From contig OX597818.1 of NCBI GenBank assembly GCA_951406725.2, forward strand, positions 26,846,001-26,910,000: DNA of 64,000 bases, in the 5' to 3' direction. Of the stretch, positions 63,448 through 64,000 are shown in pieces. Positions within the stretch are counted from its first letter, which is position 1; each line of letters opens with the position of its first letter. Origin of the DNA: Octopus vulgaris. Taxonomy: Eukaryota. The notes beneath the pieces are model-generated. The model ran no database searches, was not told the DNA's origin, and saw nothing but the letters and a program-made list of their open reading frames with translations. A program made the translations under genes and the position numbers.

Positions 63448-64000
63448 TCTGAATCACAAATAAAAGAAAAGAAAATCTTAAAACAATCAAACAGAACAAA
63501 AGTATTATTGTTCAAAACAATGTCATCTCTTCAAAACTCATCTGTTTCAATCCAATGACAGAGTCTATGTGTCTGTTCAACTTCCATCTAAAAATATACA
63601 AATTGTGCTCAAATCTCTCTCACATCCCACCCTGCATTGTATAAAAGCTACATCAGACAATGTGACAAAAAAAAAATGGAATGGTGACTGGCAAAACATC
63701 TTTGATCACCTTAAATTCATTGATTGACATCAGCAAACTTCTGACAAATCAGAAGTTATTGATTGAAAAACCAATCGAGTTTTGATTAAGTTAGCTCTTA
63801 AAAAAATAGCAAACAACAAGCAGAGCTTGGACAGAGACAAAAGAGGCACAATCAGGTATGAAGTTAAGTTCAATATCAATTGTTGTTTGACAATTAGACT
63901 GGTCAGCATAACATTCTGCAATACCCAAAGACCAAACAGCTATTAACCTAAAATTTAACAATGGCAGAGGACACTGATATTCACTCACTCTATTCATTTC

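Noticed and set aside
63730-63997. Short ORFs upstream of the SMC4 ATG as a further coding exon or neighbouring gene
   Set aside because: No recognisable domain or supporting splice phase; probably a 5' UTR intron.

Overview
AT-rich, repeat-dense animal genomic DNA. The SINE, RTE-LINE and microsatellite repertoire suggests a cephalopod, probably Octopus (inference). Two convergent intron-rich genes were reconstructed by hand from splice sites and reading-frame phase. (1) On +, the last 8 coding exons of a medium-chain acyl-CoA synthetase (ACSM family), 291..17217; its 5' part lies upstream of the window. (2) On -, a complete 26-coding-exon SMC4 (condensin subunit), 63447..20843, 3846 nt or about 1281 aa, with all ABC-ATPase and hinge motifs and one probable GC-AG intron. 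Introns hold tRNA-derived SINEs, RTE-type LINE fragments, a Penelope-like element, mariner and piggyBac/PGBD4 relics, MITEs and microsatellites. Most ORFs in the supplied track are spurious or repeat-derived. The most notable observations are three minimal hammerhead-ribozyme-like motifs (one fused to a tRNA-like Pol III head, i.e. a retrozyme/SINE-like element), a scrambled partial duplication of SMC4 exon 4, and a piggyBac relic bounded by a 36-bp direct repeat.
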